Origin: a virus
Lineage: Duplodnaviria; Caudoviricetes
Virus record (IMG/VR): IMGVR_UViG_3300017650_000224
Coordinates: 1 to 52,874 of that record
Reading direction: 5' to 3' (one strand)
DNA length: 52,874 nucleotides
A program made the position numbers and the translations under genes. The notes below the pieces were generated by a model. The model was not told the origin of the DNA. It saw only the letters and a program-made list of their open reading frames with translations, and did no database searches. This document shows, in pieces, positions 38,231 through 48,023 of this stretch (positions are counted from its first letter, which is position 1; each line of letters starts with the position of its first letter).

Positions 38231-38772
38231 GCCACCCGCACCGTCAGGCCAGGCTCGCCCGGCTTCATCTCGGCGCCGGCCACCTTCTTGCCTGCCTTCA
38301 GGCGCTCGCCGATAGCGGTCTTGTCGGGGCTTTTCACTACCCGCATCGCCCACTTCGGCAACCGGGTTTCGTCGGTGATCAGCACGGAGTCCCGCCCTTT
38401 TGACACGGACAACGTGCCTTCCGGCAACTGCACGCGCTGCTGCCCCGCCGCGGTCATCAGCCGGAACATCAAAGCCCGCATGGCGTCCTGCTTACGGCTG
38501 AACCGCTCCTGCCGCTGCCGCAGTTCACCTATACGGTCAGCAATCGCGGCGCTGAAGTGCTTGGCGTCTTGGGCGCCACCCAAGAGCCGGGCCAACAAGT
38601 CGTTGAACCCCATGCCTTCGAACGTGTCGGCGGCGAGGTCAGAATCGTCGGCTAGTTCCGGGAAGTCACGCTGAACCGCCTCAAGGTGCAGGGTGAACTC
38701 CTGCACGTCGCGGGCGAGGAATGCGTTGTCATTGGCTGGTGCCGTTGGTGTGGTGTTTGTTTTTGCCGTCAT
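38227..38772 (-). CDS. Siphovirus Gp157-family protein
   Basis: DTFEG, coiled coil, PDKTAIGERLKAGKKVAGAE. Confidence 0.85.
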   Translation of the reverse strand: MTAKTNTTPTAPANDNAFLARDVQEFTLHLEAVQRDFPELADDSDLAADTFEGMGFNDLLARLLGGAQDAKHFSAAIADRIGELRQRQERFSRKQDAMRALMFRLMTAAGQQRVQLPEGTLSVSKGRDSVLITDETRLPKWAMRVVKSPDKTAIGERLKAGKKVAGAEMKPGEPGLTVRVA

Positions 38773-38818
38773 GTTTTTCTCCTCTTGGTGGCGCATAGTT
38801 GGTGGTTATGCGGTTTGT

Positions 38819-39031
38819 TTAAGATGCGCGGGCGGCGAGCATGGCGTCGGCAAAACGATACCGTGCCTGCTCGATGGTATATTTTGCACGCCTAGGCCCG
38901 CCGATTGGCGGTACTTGAAAATCTCGAAAACGAAAGAGCTCGTCGTCAGAAGCGGTCAGCGCGAGGTAGTCGCGCAGGTCAGCGTCTTTCAGAACTAGCT
39001 GCCCTTGGCGCGCAGGGTTGGTTGCGCTCAT
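38819..39031 (-). CDS. Phage hypothetical protein
   Basis: LRDYLA...YRFADAMLAAR motif. Confidence 0.7.
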   Translation of the reverse strand: MSATNPARQGQLVLKDADLRDYLALTASDDELFRFRDFQVPPIGGPRRAKYTIEQARYRFADAMLAARAS

Positions 39032-39125
39032 TTGCTTTTCTCCTCTGTGGTAACCCACCGCATTGGTAGTGCGGCGAGTGTGGTGGTGGTTAGTTGCGAT
39101 GCAACCGGCCGTTTAGCACGGTCTG

Positions 39126-40862
39126 TCAGAACGGGATGAAGTCCTCCCCTGCGACCAGCGCGGAAAGCCGCTCGCGCTCGTTGTCGTTTGCTGGCTCGCG
39201 TATTGCGTCATTGCTTGGCGACGCGCCCGCGCGCCAATACTCAACGTTCCAAAACTTCCCTTTTTTTACGACGCTGATCTCCGTGGTGATTACGAGCTCG
39301 TCGGCCCGGTCCAGAAACTCGTCGACCGTCAACGGAAATGGGAGATCCCCGCCGTGAGTGCGCCAAAACCGGTCAGACTTTTGCTTGAAAAAACCGGCAC
39401 CCTCCGGGCCGACGAAATCCTTCTGAACGGTTAGCCCAAGCTGGTAGTCAATGCGCACACACGGGCCTGCCTTTCCGGCGTGCTTTCGGAACGTCCGCCC
39501 GGTCACTCCGCGCCATACGGGCTCGGTGGTGGAGAGGATTGGGGCGTCGGAGGCGCGGGCGGCATGCTTAGGCTCCTCGCTTGGCGGAAATTCGTAACCG
39601 CAGCAGGTGCACACACGCACCGATGCATGCAGGATTTCCTCGCAGGTCGGGCAGATTTTTACAGGCGCGTCCCCGTCACCCTTGCCGGGCTTCTTAGGCT
39701 CGACCATATCCACTGGGCCGTGCTTCTCGACCAGCCCAGCGAAATCGAGCACAAGGCAGTTTGGCTTTGGGCCAGCCGCAATAGCCTCCAGTCGCTGCTC
39801 GGTGGTTTCCAGCGGCATTCCCGGCGCATACAGTACGCGCACCCCGCGCCCAGCCATTTGCAAATACAAAGCGGCTGACAAAGTGGGCCTCATGAATGCG
39901 ATTAGGTCGACACCCTTATGATTGAAGCCCGTCGTCAACACTGAATTGTTGGTGATCGCCCGCAGTCGATAAGCCTTGAAATCCTCGATGATGCGCCTGC
40001 GTTCCTCGGGCGGCGTTGTTCCGGTTATCGTCTCGCACGACACACCCCGCTTGCGGATTTCGTCGCGGATATGCAGCGCGTGGTCGACGCCTGCCCCGAA
40101 GATAAGCCAGGACTTTCGGTCGGTGCCCTTAGCGACGATTTCGTCCACCGCCGCTGCCGTAACCTCCTCGCGGTCCACTGCGCGCTGCATGGCGCCCTGC
40201 TTGTAGTCGCCTCCCAGCCGCCCCACGCCGGCCATGTCAAAGCCCGTCGCAGTTGGCTTGCTGGACAGCGGGGCAAGATAGCCGTCGCGCACGCCGGGGC
40301 CGATGCCGTATTCGTATACAACCTTATCGAACAGCCGGTCTTCGCCTTCGTCTAGCCTGCCGCTATCCAAGCGGAATGGCGTCGCCGTAAGCCCCAACAG
40401 CTTCATGTCCGGGTTTTGTTCGCGCAGCCCTTTGATAAACTGGCCGTACATGGTCTCTGTCTTGGCCGGAATTAGGTGCGCCTCGTCCACCAACATGACG
40501 TCGAACGCGCCATTGGCCGTAAGGGCCCCGACCTTGTCCCAAACAGTCTGGATACCGCAGAACAAGACCTGTGCGTGACGATCACGCCGCCCCAGGCCCG
40601 CGGAATAGATACCCGCCGGCGCGAACGGCCACATGCCGAGCAACTCCAGATAGCTCTGCTCGATCAGTTCGGCCACATGCGTGACGACAAGAACACGCAT
40701 GTCCGGCCAGCCGGAAAGCAGCCGCTTGATGATCTCAGATAGCACCGCGCTCTTGCCAAGCCCCGTGGCCAGGTCCACGAGCGGGTTCCCGGGCTCGGAC
40801 GCCCAGTAGTCGAACACCGCCTGGACTGCTTCTTCCTGATAGGGGCGGAGAACGAGAGTCAC
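39126..40862 (-). CDS. SF2 DEAH helicase with Zn finger (RadD/YejH-like)
   Basis: LRPYQ, TGLGKS, DEAH, TATP, QMAGRG, CPTC...CTCC. Confidence 0.92.
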   Translation of the reverse strand: MTLVLRPYQEEAVQAVFDYWASEPGNPLVDLATGLGKSAVLSEIIKRLLSGWPDMRVLVVTHVAELIEQSYLELLGMWPFAPAGIYSAGLGRRDRHAQVLFCGIQTVWDKVGALTANGAFDVMLVDEAHLIPAKTETMYGQFIKGLREQNPDMKLLGLTATPFRLDSGRLDEGEDRLFDKVVYEYGIGPGVRDGYLAPLSSKPTATGFDMAGVGRLGGDYKQGAMQRAVDREEVTAAAVDEIVAKGTDRKSWLIFGAGVDHALHIRDEIRKRGVSCETITGTTPPEERRRIIEDFKAYRLRAITNNSVLTTGFNHKGVDLIAFMRPTLSAALYLQMAGRGVRVLYAPGMPLETTEQRLEAIAAGPKPNCLVLDFAGLVEKHGPVDMVEPKKPGKGDGDAPVKICPTCEEILHASVRVCTCCGYEFPPSEEPKHAARASDAPILSTTEPVWRGVTGRTFRKHAGKAGPCVRIDYQLGLTVQKDFVGPEGAGFFKQKSDRFWRTHGGDLPFPLTVDEFLDRADELVITTEISVVKKGKFWNVEYWRAGASPSNDAIREPANDNERERLSALVAGEDFIPF

Positions 40863-41680
40863 AGCAACCTTCCTTTCCTTTGCGCAAATTTAATTGGATC
40901 AGTTGCGTGCTTCTCCAGGTTGCATTTGGGGCACAAAATCTGGAGGTTGTTCGGCCAATTTGTGCCGCCAAGGGCAAGCGGAACGACATGATCTACATGA
41001 TACCCGGCACTGCGCGTATCAGTGCCACATTCTGCGCACCGATGGCGCTGCAAAGCCCGAAGTCGATCAATGTCTGCAAGCGTATGACTTCCCACCGCTC
41101 CGCGCCGCCTTAGTTTATTGTTTCGATCAGTTATGCGCGCTTGCTCTGGATTTTCCTCCCTCCACCGCCGCGTGCTTTCTCGAAGTTTCTCCCGGTTTTC
41201 ACGACGATAGGCCCTGTCTTTCTCCAGAATTTCCTCGCGGTTTTCTCTGTATCGTTCACGGGCTTTCTCGAGCAGTTCATCCCTGTGTGTCTCGTGATAC
41301 TTGCGAACAGATTGTGCGTGCTTTTCAGGATTATTTGCGTTCCACTCCATCGCGCTCGCGATCTGCCTCTCGCGGGTTCTTGCGTAATACTCTTTGTGGT
41401 AGCCCCTCTCGCGGGCCTCGTCGTGATACTGTTTGCACTTGTCTGGATTTTCTTCCCGCCACTTCTTAGATGCGGCGCGGTTCTTTTCTCGGTTGGATTC
41501 GCGGTGCTCCGCGTGGCAAGCCACGCAGCCTCCGTGGTAGTATCTGACGCTAACGTGCCCGCGATTGCACGGGCGCCAATTCAAGTAGTATCGAGTTCCG
41601 AGCCTTTTGGCGTCAGCTGCTGTGGCTGGATGCGGTCCGTATATCTCTGTCCAGTGCCTCGTCTCCTTCGCCCCCATCAC
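40859..41680 (-). CDS. HNH endonuclease with N-terminal Zn ribbon
   Basis: CAEC, HVDHVVPL..GG..N..NLQILCPKCN. Confidence 0.88.
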   Translation of the reverse strand: MMGAKETRHWTEIYGPHPATAADAKRLGTRYYLNWRPCNRGHVSVRYYHGGCVACHAEHRESNREKNRAASKKWREENPDKCKQYHDEARERGYHKEYYARTRERQIASAMEWNANNPEKHAQSVRKYHETHRDELLEKARERYRENREEILEKDRAYRRENREKLRESTRRWREENPEQARITDRNNKLRRRGAVGSHTLADIDRLRALQRHRCAECGTDTRSAGYHVDHVVPLALGGTNWPNNLQILCPKCNLEKHATDPIKFAQRKGRLL

Positions 41681-42159
41681 GCCGCCCTCCGCACCAGCTT
41701 CCCTCGCGCTTCCTTTTCAAGCTGCTGGATCCGCGAACGCGAGACGCCCCGATCGTTTGCAATCTCCTGGTGCGTGTCGCCCATGGCCCGCCGCAGCAGC
41801 ACATCGCCGTCCTTGACGCCGGACAGGTGAGCTAACACCGCTGAAAGCTGCGCGTGGTCAGGCTGCGCCGGCTCGACCCTGCCCGATGGCAGTTCTTCTT
41901 GCTGCTCCATCTCCCATACCTTCTCCGTGACCTTGCGATAGTTGCGTGCAGCGTCGCGCGCCTGCCAAACCAGCCAGCGATAAAACGTGCCTTTCTCGGG
42001 GTCGAAGTTCGCCCACCGGCGGAGCGCCAGTTCAACTGTGTCAGCGACCACCTCCTCGGCGCCATGGCGGGTCAATCGCCACACGCGGCGCCGCAGCGCG
42101 TCCATGTGGTCGAGCAATAGGCGGTCGAATGATGCGGGGCGCACTGAGGGCGTTGTCAT
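41677..42159 (-). CDS. ECF-type sigma-70 factor-like protein
   Basis: FDPEKGTFYRWL (region 2) and EIA..RGVSRSRIQQLEKEA (region 4). Confidence 0.8.
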   Translation of the reverse strand: MTTPSVRPASFDRLLLDHMDALRRRVWRLTRHGAEEVVADTVELALRRWANFDPEKGTFYRWLVWQARDAARNYRKVTEKVWEMEQQEELPSGRVEPAQPDHAQLSAVLAHLSGVKDGDVLLRRAMGDTHQEIANDRGVSRSRIQQLEKEARGKLVRRAA

Positions 42160-42226
42160 ATCTACTCCTCTTGGTATTCTCGGCTGTTGGTGGCAGCCGG
42201 GAAGCTTGGGTGGTCGGGGGGGGGTG

Positions 42227-42850
42227 ATGTCGCTGCGTCTAGTGGTTTTCGCTTTAGCGTTCGTTTTGGCCGCGCTTATGTTGGTAGGCAGTGGTATTGC
42301 CGTCGGCGCGAATTCATCGAGCCTAACTCCACTGATCGTCGCGTTTTCTTTCGTGGAGCGTTTTCAAACATTAATAGCAGGAGCGCTTGCAACCGGGGCT
42401 GCCGTGGCAAGTGTTATAATGATTTCTCGACAAATCGAACTTCAGCGCAAGCATCACTCATCAAATAAGAAATTCACTCTTCGTCATGAGCAGCGCGCAA
42501 ATAATTACGCTTTTCAACTTGGAAAGAGCCTACTCGACTACGAATGGAGATTCGCGGTCACTAACGGTGTTTATAAGAATGACGGAAAGCCAATGATTCT
42601 CTCTAACCCCGCCAAACTACTTTCAGATTACGAACCTTACCTGCACGCCCCTATAAAGTACCAACTTGAGAAACTGCAACTCTCTATTGACCACTTCAAT
42701 AATGGAAAGGAAATTGAAGTATATGTGGCCGGTGAAGGCAGCCAAAAATTGTCACTGCAGTCTCAATTCGGCTTGATGAAGGCAGAAGCTAAACGCCTTA
42801 TGGTCGCTGCAAAATCGGAACTAGATCACTTGGAAGAAATGTGCGTCTGA
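42227..42850 (+). CDS. Membrane-anchored hypothetical protein (low-GC moron)
   Basis: Two N-terminal TM segments, AT-rich, opposite strand. Confidence 0.75.
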   Translation: MSLRLVVFALAFVLAALMLVGSGIAVGANSSSLTPLIVAFSFVERFQTLIAGALATGAAVASVIMISRQIELQRKHHSSNKKFTLRHEQRANNYAFQLGKSLLDYEWRFAVTNGVYKNDGKPMILSNPAKLLSDYEPYLHAPIKYQLEKLQLSIDHFNNGKEIEVYVAGEGSQKLSLQSQFGLMKAEAKRLMVAAKSELDHLEEMCV

Positions 42851-43764
42851 CCATCCACCCACGTCTCGCCATTCCTAAGCCTATACCGAACCGTCTCCGC
42901 CTCCTCGTCCGCTTCCAGCATCTCCCCCGGCACCATCCCCGGGAGAAATAAATGAGCACCACACGCCCGCCGCTGTTCATCCACCGACAATGGCTTTGAC
43001 CAGCGCGCACACGACCAATGAGCATCGCCGCCCATTTCCGGCGTGCTATGCAAACAACTCCGACAACTGACACGCGGGAACGCTCCTTCATGGCAAACCG
43101 CTTTGTGACGGCAGAACCGGCAGCCGAAGAACTCGGGGTTGTCACTTATCCGGCTGGGCGGCTCGTGCAGCCGCATCAGCCGCTCGACTTTGGCGATGGC
43201 TCGCAAGCAGTATTCGGCGTCGTACTCGATGCGCTCCGCGTACCGGCTGTCGTCGTTTTTGTTCACCACCAGGTAAAGCGCGCGGGTCAGCCCAAAAGCA
43301 TGCATCCCGATCTGGACTTGCCCAAAGTGCAAGGGCTTTGCTTTCTTGCACCCATGCTTCACGATCTGTTTGAAGCCCGCGTCGTTGCTGGACTTGAACT
43401 CGCACAGGTGTTCGGTCTTCGGGGCCTCGGGCAGGCCGATAGCCTTGCCGTCGCATTTACCGCGGATATGGCCACCGGCGAGCCGGATGCGGTCCTGCTG
43501 CCCCCAGACTTCGACGCCGATGCGCTCCAGATCGTCAACCAGCACCTCCTCCCACCGGTCACCGGTGCGGAAGATCGACAGCGTGCGGCCCGTGATGGCT
43601 TCGGGCTGGCTCGCCCACCGCAGATTGTACCAAAGGGCGCGGTCGCATTCGTTGCCGATTTCGCCGACCGAGATGCCGAGCGAGTCATAGTGCTCGTTCG
43701 CCGCTTCATACGCGCGGTAGATGGCCGAGACGGTGCTGGCTTGGGGGCGGGGAAGCGGGGCCAT
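42826..43764 (-). CDS. Cas4/RecB-like PD-(D/E)XK exonuclease
   Basis: ECDRALW, GKCDG, EFKS, QVQIGM, CRFC...C. Confidence 0.85.
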   Translation of the reverse strand: MAPLPRPQASTVSAIYRAYEAANEHYDSLGISVGEIGNECDRALWYNLRWASQPEAITGRTLSIFRTGDRWEEVLVDDLERIGVEVWGQQDRIRLAGGHIRGKCDGKAIGLPEAPKTEHLCEFKSSNDAGFKQIVKHGCKKAKPLHFGQVQIGMHAFGLTRALYLVVNKNDDSRYAERIEYDAEYCLRAIAKVERLMRLHEPPSRISDNPEFFGCRFCRHKAVCHEGAFPRVSCRSCLHSTPEMGGDAHWSCARWSKPLSVDEQRRACGAHLFLPGMVPGEMLEADEEAETVRYRLRNGETWVDGQTHISSK

Positions 43765-43931
43765 TATTGGCGAGCCACCAACGACCACAGAATACCCTTG
43801 AGGTCTTCGACGTTCTGGGCCTCGAGAATTTCGCGGTTCAAGTCTTGGTCCTCGACGATGCGCTTGGCTTCCAGAAGCCCCTTGCCCGCCTCCCGCAGTT
43901 CGCGGATGCGTTCCTGCTTGGTTTTCATCAT
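43764..43931 (-). CDS. Small protein with a bL12-CTD-like motif
   Basis: RIRELRE..KGLLEAKRIVE; GGAGGAG SD. Confidence 0.55.
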   Translation of the reverse strand: MMKTKQERIRELREAGKGLLEAKRIVEDQDLNREILEAQNVEDLKGILWSLVARQ

Positions 43932-44203
43932 ACTCCTCCCGGATCGCACATAAGCGCATAGCTCTCGCCGCTCCACTGGTGCTCTTTGAGAAATCCCGCG
44001 ATGCCTTCCTTGTGCTCCGTTGCTATGGCGACCAATTCGGCAAGCCATGTGATCGGAATTTCAGCATCGTGCACGATGATGCACGAATGGCCGACGCGAA
44101 GTGTTGCGGTTCCATGCTCGTAGTTCGGGCTTTCGATCTCAAAGAACGAACCGCCACGAGCGCCATCACCGCCGAACCTATTTTCACACTTGTGCTTAGC
44201 CAT
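43928..44203 (-). CDS. Hypothetical protein
   Basis: 91 aa, coupled overlaps. Confidence 0.6.
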   Translation of the reverse strand: MAKHKCENRFGGDGARGGSFFEIESPNYEHGTATLRVGHSCIIVHDAEIPITWLAELVAIATEHKEGIAGFLKEHQWSGESYALMCDPGGV

Positions 44204-44589
44204 CACTCCGCCTCCCCAACAGGCTCGCCCCTCCCGCACCCCGCTTCACTCGCCATACCCGCCGCAGCGATGCTGGCACCCAGTGCCTTGGCGAAATAGT
44301 CGCCCATAGGCCCCTGCCCCTTGAGCGGCTGCACATGCGGGTTGGTCGCCGCCTCATAGGCAGCACGGCTTTCAAACACCGACGCCCACTTCGGAAAGAA
44401 CTCACGTTCCAGCGTGGTCACAGCATCGGCCAAATCGCCGCGCCGTATCTGCGCGATGGCGGTGCGGACGGCGGTCTGGGCGTCATCGGGGAGCCCAATT
44501 TTGCGAGCCCGTACCTCTGCAAGCAACTCGCCGTCGCTCAATTCATCCAGCACGTCGTCGGTGTCGATTTCTACGCGTACGTATCCCAT
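44203..44589 (-). CDS. Hypothetical protein
   Basis: 128 aa, LDELSDGELLAEVRAR. Confidence 0.65.
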   Translation of the reverse strand: MGYVRVEIDTDDVLDELSDGELLAEVRARKIGLPDDAQTAVRTAIAQIRRGDLADAVTTLEREFFPKWASVFESRAAYEAATNPHVQPLKGQGPMGDYFAKALGASIAAAGMASEAGCGRGEPVGEAE

Positions 44590-44599
44590 CTCTCGCCCC

Positions 44600-45658
44600 C
44601 TACACCCTCATCGGCATCAGGACGCCGCACCAGTTATCGTTCGCGCCGACAATCCTCGCCGGGCTGCTGCTATCGCTGATTTCAAACGTCACCTTGCCGC
44701 CCTCGACGGAGCGCAGCATTTCGGTGAGATAGCTGGCGTTGTAGCCAATATCGAAAGGCTCACCGGTGTAGTCGGCAGCCAGTTCGTCACTCGCCTGCCC
44801 GCCCTCACCGTTGACAGTAAACGTCACGCCGCCCGGAGCGACTTCGAGCTTCACGGCCTTGCCTCCCCGCTCGCTGGCGAACACACCGACCCGCTCGACG
44901 GCAGCCGACATAAGGGCACGGTCCAGTGTCACCGGCCGGTCGTTGTTCTTGGGGATGACACGCTCGTAATCGGGGAACGTACCTTCGACCAGCTTGGATA
45001 CAATCACCGTATCGCCAGCGGTGAACCGGATGCGGCCCGGCCCGATATCGACCTCAATTTCGCCCGACGGGATCATGCCGACCGTCTTGCGCGGAATGAT
45101 GATGCCCTCGGGCAGGTCAAGGTCAGGCCCATACACTGCCGCCAGCCGGTGTCCGTCGGTCGCCACCGCGCGCAGCCGGCCGTGGACAGAGTGCAGGTAC
45201 ACGCCGTTGAGATAGAAGCGCGTCTCTTCGGTCGACATGGCAAAAGCGACCGGCGCGAGCAGCGCGGCCAAGTCTATGGCTAGGCCCACCGGGTACGCCG
45301 GCTGGGTCATGGTCGGGAAGTCTTCAACCGGCAGCGTGGCAACCTTGAACCGGCTGCGGCCATGGGAAACGGTCAGAATGCCACCGTCCAGCGCCAGCGA
45401 GATTTCGGCGCCATTGGGCATCCGCTTGGCGATATCGAGCAGCGTGCGCGCTGGTGCGGTTGTGGTGTCGAGTGCGCCGTCGGCTGGAACCGAAGTGGTG
45501 ATTTCAACGTCTGTATCTGTGGCGCGGACCGTCAGTTTGCTGGCGTCAGCGCTCAAAAGAACGTTCGCCAAAATCGGAACGGTGTTGCGTGTTTCCACCG
45601 CTTTGGTCGCCTGCGTGAGCGCAGCGACTAGGTGGGCCTTCTCTACTCTGAGTGCCAT
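44600..45658 (-). CDS. dnaN: DNA polymerase III beta sliding clamp
   Basis: PILANVL, ATD, TRFYLNG, VATDGHRL, GTFPDYERVIP, ends LMPMRV. Confidence 0.93.
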   Translation of the reverse strand: MALRVEKAHLVAALTQATKAVETRNTVPILANVLLSADASKLTVRATDTDVEITTSVPADGALDTTTAPARTLLDIAKRMPNGAEISLALDGGILTVSHGRSRFKVATLPVEDFPTMTQPAYPVGLAIDLAALLAPVAFAMSTEETRFYLNGVYLHSVHGRLRAVATDGHRLAAVYGPDLDLPEGIIIPRKTVGMIPSGEIEVDIGPGRIRFTAGDTVIVSKLVEGTFPDYERVIPKNNDRPVTLDRALMSAAVERVGVFASERGGKAVKLEVAPGGVTFTVNGEGGQASDELAADYTGEPFDIGYNASYLTEMLRSVEGGKVTFEISDSSSPARIVGANDNWCGVLMPMRV

Positions 45659-45733
45659 CTGATTTTCTCCTCTGGTGGTAGGCCGGGGCGATTGGTGGCC
45701 GCCCCGGCTGGTGCTAGGCCGTGTGCGTACTGC

Positions 45734-46291
45734 TTACCCCCAAGGGCGCTTTTTGGTCCCACCTGCCTGCGCTTGCGCGGCAGGCCGGGCGTTGTCGTTG
45801 GCCGCTGCTCGCTGGTTATCGTTCGCCGGGCGTGCGGGCTGGTTGGCGTCGATTGCGGGGACGGGCACGTTGCCTTGGTCCGGGAAGTAGTAGGCCTTGA
45901 TCTCGGCACGGGCGGGGTACTGGCCGTCCTTCGACGGCTTGCCCAAGCCGATTTTCACCGTGAAGCCCTTGAACAGAAGTTCATCGGTGTCCTCGACGCC
46001 GTCGAGTTCAAGGGCGCGGCAGAGGCTCGCAAATTGGCGCTGTCCAATCTCTTGGGCAGTGGGATTCGCGTTTTCCAGGTTGTAATTGTTGAAGATCAGC
46101 CGACCCTCATATTCCTCGGGCTCAAGCACTTTGTTGACGGTCTTGAGGATCGTCCCGTTGCCTGCCTTCGTGGGGGCGACGTCCGCTTCGGTGACTTCGA
46201 GGCGATAGATGCCGTTGGGCAGTTCCTCGTAGTCGGGCCGCTGCTCGGTGTCATGTTGAGTCGCGTCGAAACGCTGACCAAGTCTGGCCAT
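45734..46291 (-). CDS. DUF669 single-stranded DNA-binding protein
   Basis: LPNGIY, GRLIFNNYNL, acidic/flexible tail ending KKRPW; near the Sak4-like gene. Confidence 0.8.
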   Translation of the reverse strand: MARLGQRFDATQHDTEQRPDYEELPNGIYRLEVTEADVAPTKAGNGTILKTVNKVLEPEEYEGRLIFNNYNLENANPTAQEIGQRQFASLCRALELDGVEDTDELLFKGFTVKIGLGKPSKDGQYPARAEIKAYYFPDQGNVPVPAIDANQPARPANDNQRAAANDNARPAAQAQAGGTKKRPWG

Positions 46292-46340
46292 GCAAAACTC
46301 CTATGTTGTGGTGGTGTGGTGGTGGTGATGTGAGAGGCGG

Positions 46341-47168
46341 TCACGCCGCCTCATCATCGGCTTTGTCGTTGTCGTTCGCTGCGCCGAAGGCCAGTGAGGG
46401 CTGGAACTCCCCGGTGGTTGTCGCGCCCTTGGTCATGTTTTCGGCCTCCCATAGAGGCTGGAGGTTCGAGAGCGACCATGCACGCTTGAAGTCCAAGTCA
46501 TCTGGACAGTTATAATTGTGGGCCGACAAAGGTACTTTGTGGTCGATATGCCAGCCACCGCGCCCGTAGTTCTCCCAAGACATCCCAGGCTGAAATAGCT
46601 TTTCCAGATGGGCCATTAGTTCATCGACGCTGTATCCAAGAATATCGAATGTCCGCCGTGATGCTTTTGCGCCTTTCGTAATCCCGCGGTGCACGCCAAC
46701 AGAAATGGAGTTCTCAAGTCGACCCTTTGGAGTAGAGCGCCTACGCTCATCCCGCCTTCTGCCAGACTCCCTAACGCGCTCTGGGTCTTCCTCCATTGCG
46801 CGCCGGTACTTTGCTTTACCCCTCTCCCGCTCGGATTCGGCATTCGCTTCTCGCCATGCCTTGTTGTATGCGCGGTGAAAGTCAGGGTCTTCGGCATATC
46901 GCGCCCGCGATCTTTCGCGGTCCCTCTCCCTTTCTTTCTCAATGTTTTTCAGGCGATACAGGCGCCTCGTCTCTCGAACCTCATCCGGCTTTTCTTCGCG
47001 ACGTTTCTTGGCTCTCATTCGAAAGCAAGCATGACACCCGCCCTGATGTGTGTTGCGCTTGTCGATGTGTCCGTTCTTGCAGGGCCTTCCTGTGAAATAG
47101 TGCTTGGACCCCTGCGCCTTGGCTTCCGCGCGTGATCGAGGAAGCCGCTGGCCGTTTTCGGCTGCCAC
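46341..47168 (-). CDS. HNH endonuclease with N-terminal Zn ribbon
   Basis: LEKLFQPGMSWENYG..WHIDHKVP...NLQPLW..EN; ends AANDNDKADDEAA. Confidence 0.85.
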   Translation of the reverse strand: MAAENGQRLPRSRAEAKAQGSKHYFTGRPCKNGHIDKRNTHQGGCHACFRMRAKKRREEKPDEVRETRRLYRLKNIEKERERDRERSRARYAEDPDFHRAYNKAWREANAESERERGKAKYRRAMEEDPERVRESGRRRDERRRSTPKGRLENSISVGVHRGITKGAKASRRTFDILGYSVDELMAHLEKLFQPGMSWENYGRGGWHIDHKVPLSAHNYNCPDDLDFKRAWSLSNLQPLWEAENMTKGATTTGEFQPSLAFGAANDNDKADDEAA

Positions 47169-47170
47169 GA

Positions 47171-47953
47171 CTATGCCGCTACTCTCTCGCCGCCCGGCAA
47201 GAACTTCGCCAGTTCCGCAAAGCCCTGCCCTTTTTTAAATGGAATGCTATCGGGCATGGAGTGGCGATTCTTCGCTACAAAGCCGGGTTTCTCGTTGAGG
47301 TGAACAAGCCGCTCATTGCCACCCTCGGCGCGGGAGACCTTCTTGTTGAAGCCGACCTCTTTCTCTTTCAAGGAAATGCGGTAGTTGACGAACGCGACGA
47401 TGTCCGCCTGCTCCCGCACGAGAGCATTCGCCCGCCTGTGCAACTTGATCGTGTAGCGGGAATAGGGATCCGAGGTCGGGCTATCGAACCTAATAATCTC
47501 GGGGTGCGCGAGCTGGACCACATAGATTCCAGCCCGCGAAAGCGCAGAAACGGCCTGCAGGTACTCGGTCCATTCTGCATCAGCCTCGATGTACCCGCGA
47601 CCATACCCAACGGCCTCAATCGACTCCACGCCGAGGCGAGCGCATGTTGCCTTCCAGATTAAGGGCTCCAACCCGTCCAAGCTGTCGACAACGACTGTGC
47701 GGAAGTCATGCTCCTCGGTCAGCAGCTCGCCGAAGATGTCGAGCAGCCCGTGGAAGGATTCCACAACGCCCGGCGTGGTCAGCTCTACGTCGCTGGGCGG
47801 CGTCTCGCCTTCCGTCGGCAGGTAGATCACCGGCCCGGGGAACTCGGCGGCCAGGCTGGTTTTGCCCACGCCGTCGACGCCGTAAATCACGGTGCGCGGC
47901 GGGTTGTTGGATCTGGTGGTGGTGAGGCTAGCCAAAGACAAAGCCATTCGCAT
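47171..47953 (-). CDS. Sak4-like AAA ATPase (ssDNA annealing)
   Basis: IYGVDGVGKT, VVDSLD, GYGRGY, AKNR. Confidence 0.85.
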   Translation of the reverse strand: MRMALSLASLTTTRSNNPPRTVIYGVDGVGKTSLAAEFPGPVIYLPTEGETPPSDVELTTPGVVESFHGLLDIFGELLTEEHDFRTVVVDSLDGLEPLIWKATCARLGVESIEAVGYGRGYIEADAEWTEYLQAVSALSRAGIYVVQLAHPEIIRFDSPTSDPYSRYTIKLHRRANALVREQADIVAFVNYRISLKEKEVGFNKKVSRAEGGNERLVHLNEKPGFVAKNRHSMPDSIPFKKGQGFAELAKFLPGGERVAA

Positions 47954-48023
47954 TTCTCCTCTTGGTATCCCGCCCTGCTGGGTAGGCAGAGCGGGCAGTT
48001 GTGGTGGCTAGGCGGGCGGCAGG

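Noticed and set aside
42826-43764. Cas4 as evidence of a CRISPR-Cas system
   Set aside because: A solo nuclease in a Sak4/SSB recombination module; no other cas genes
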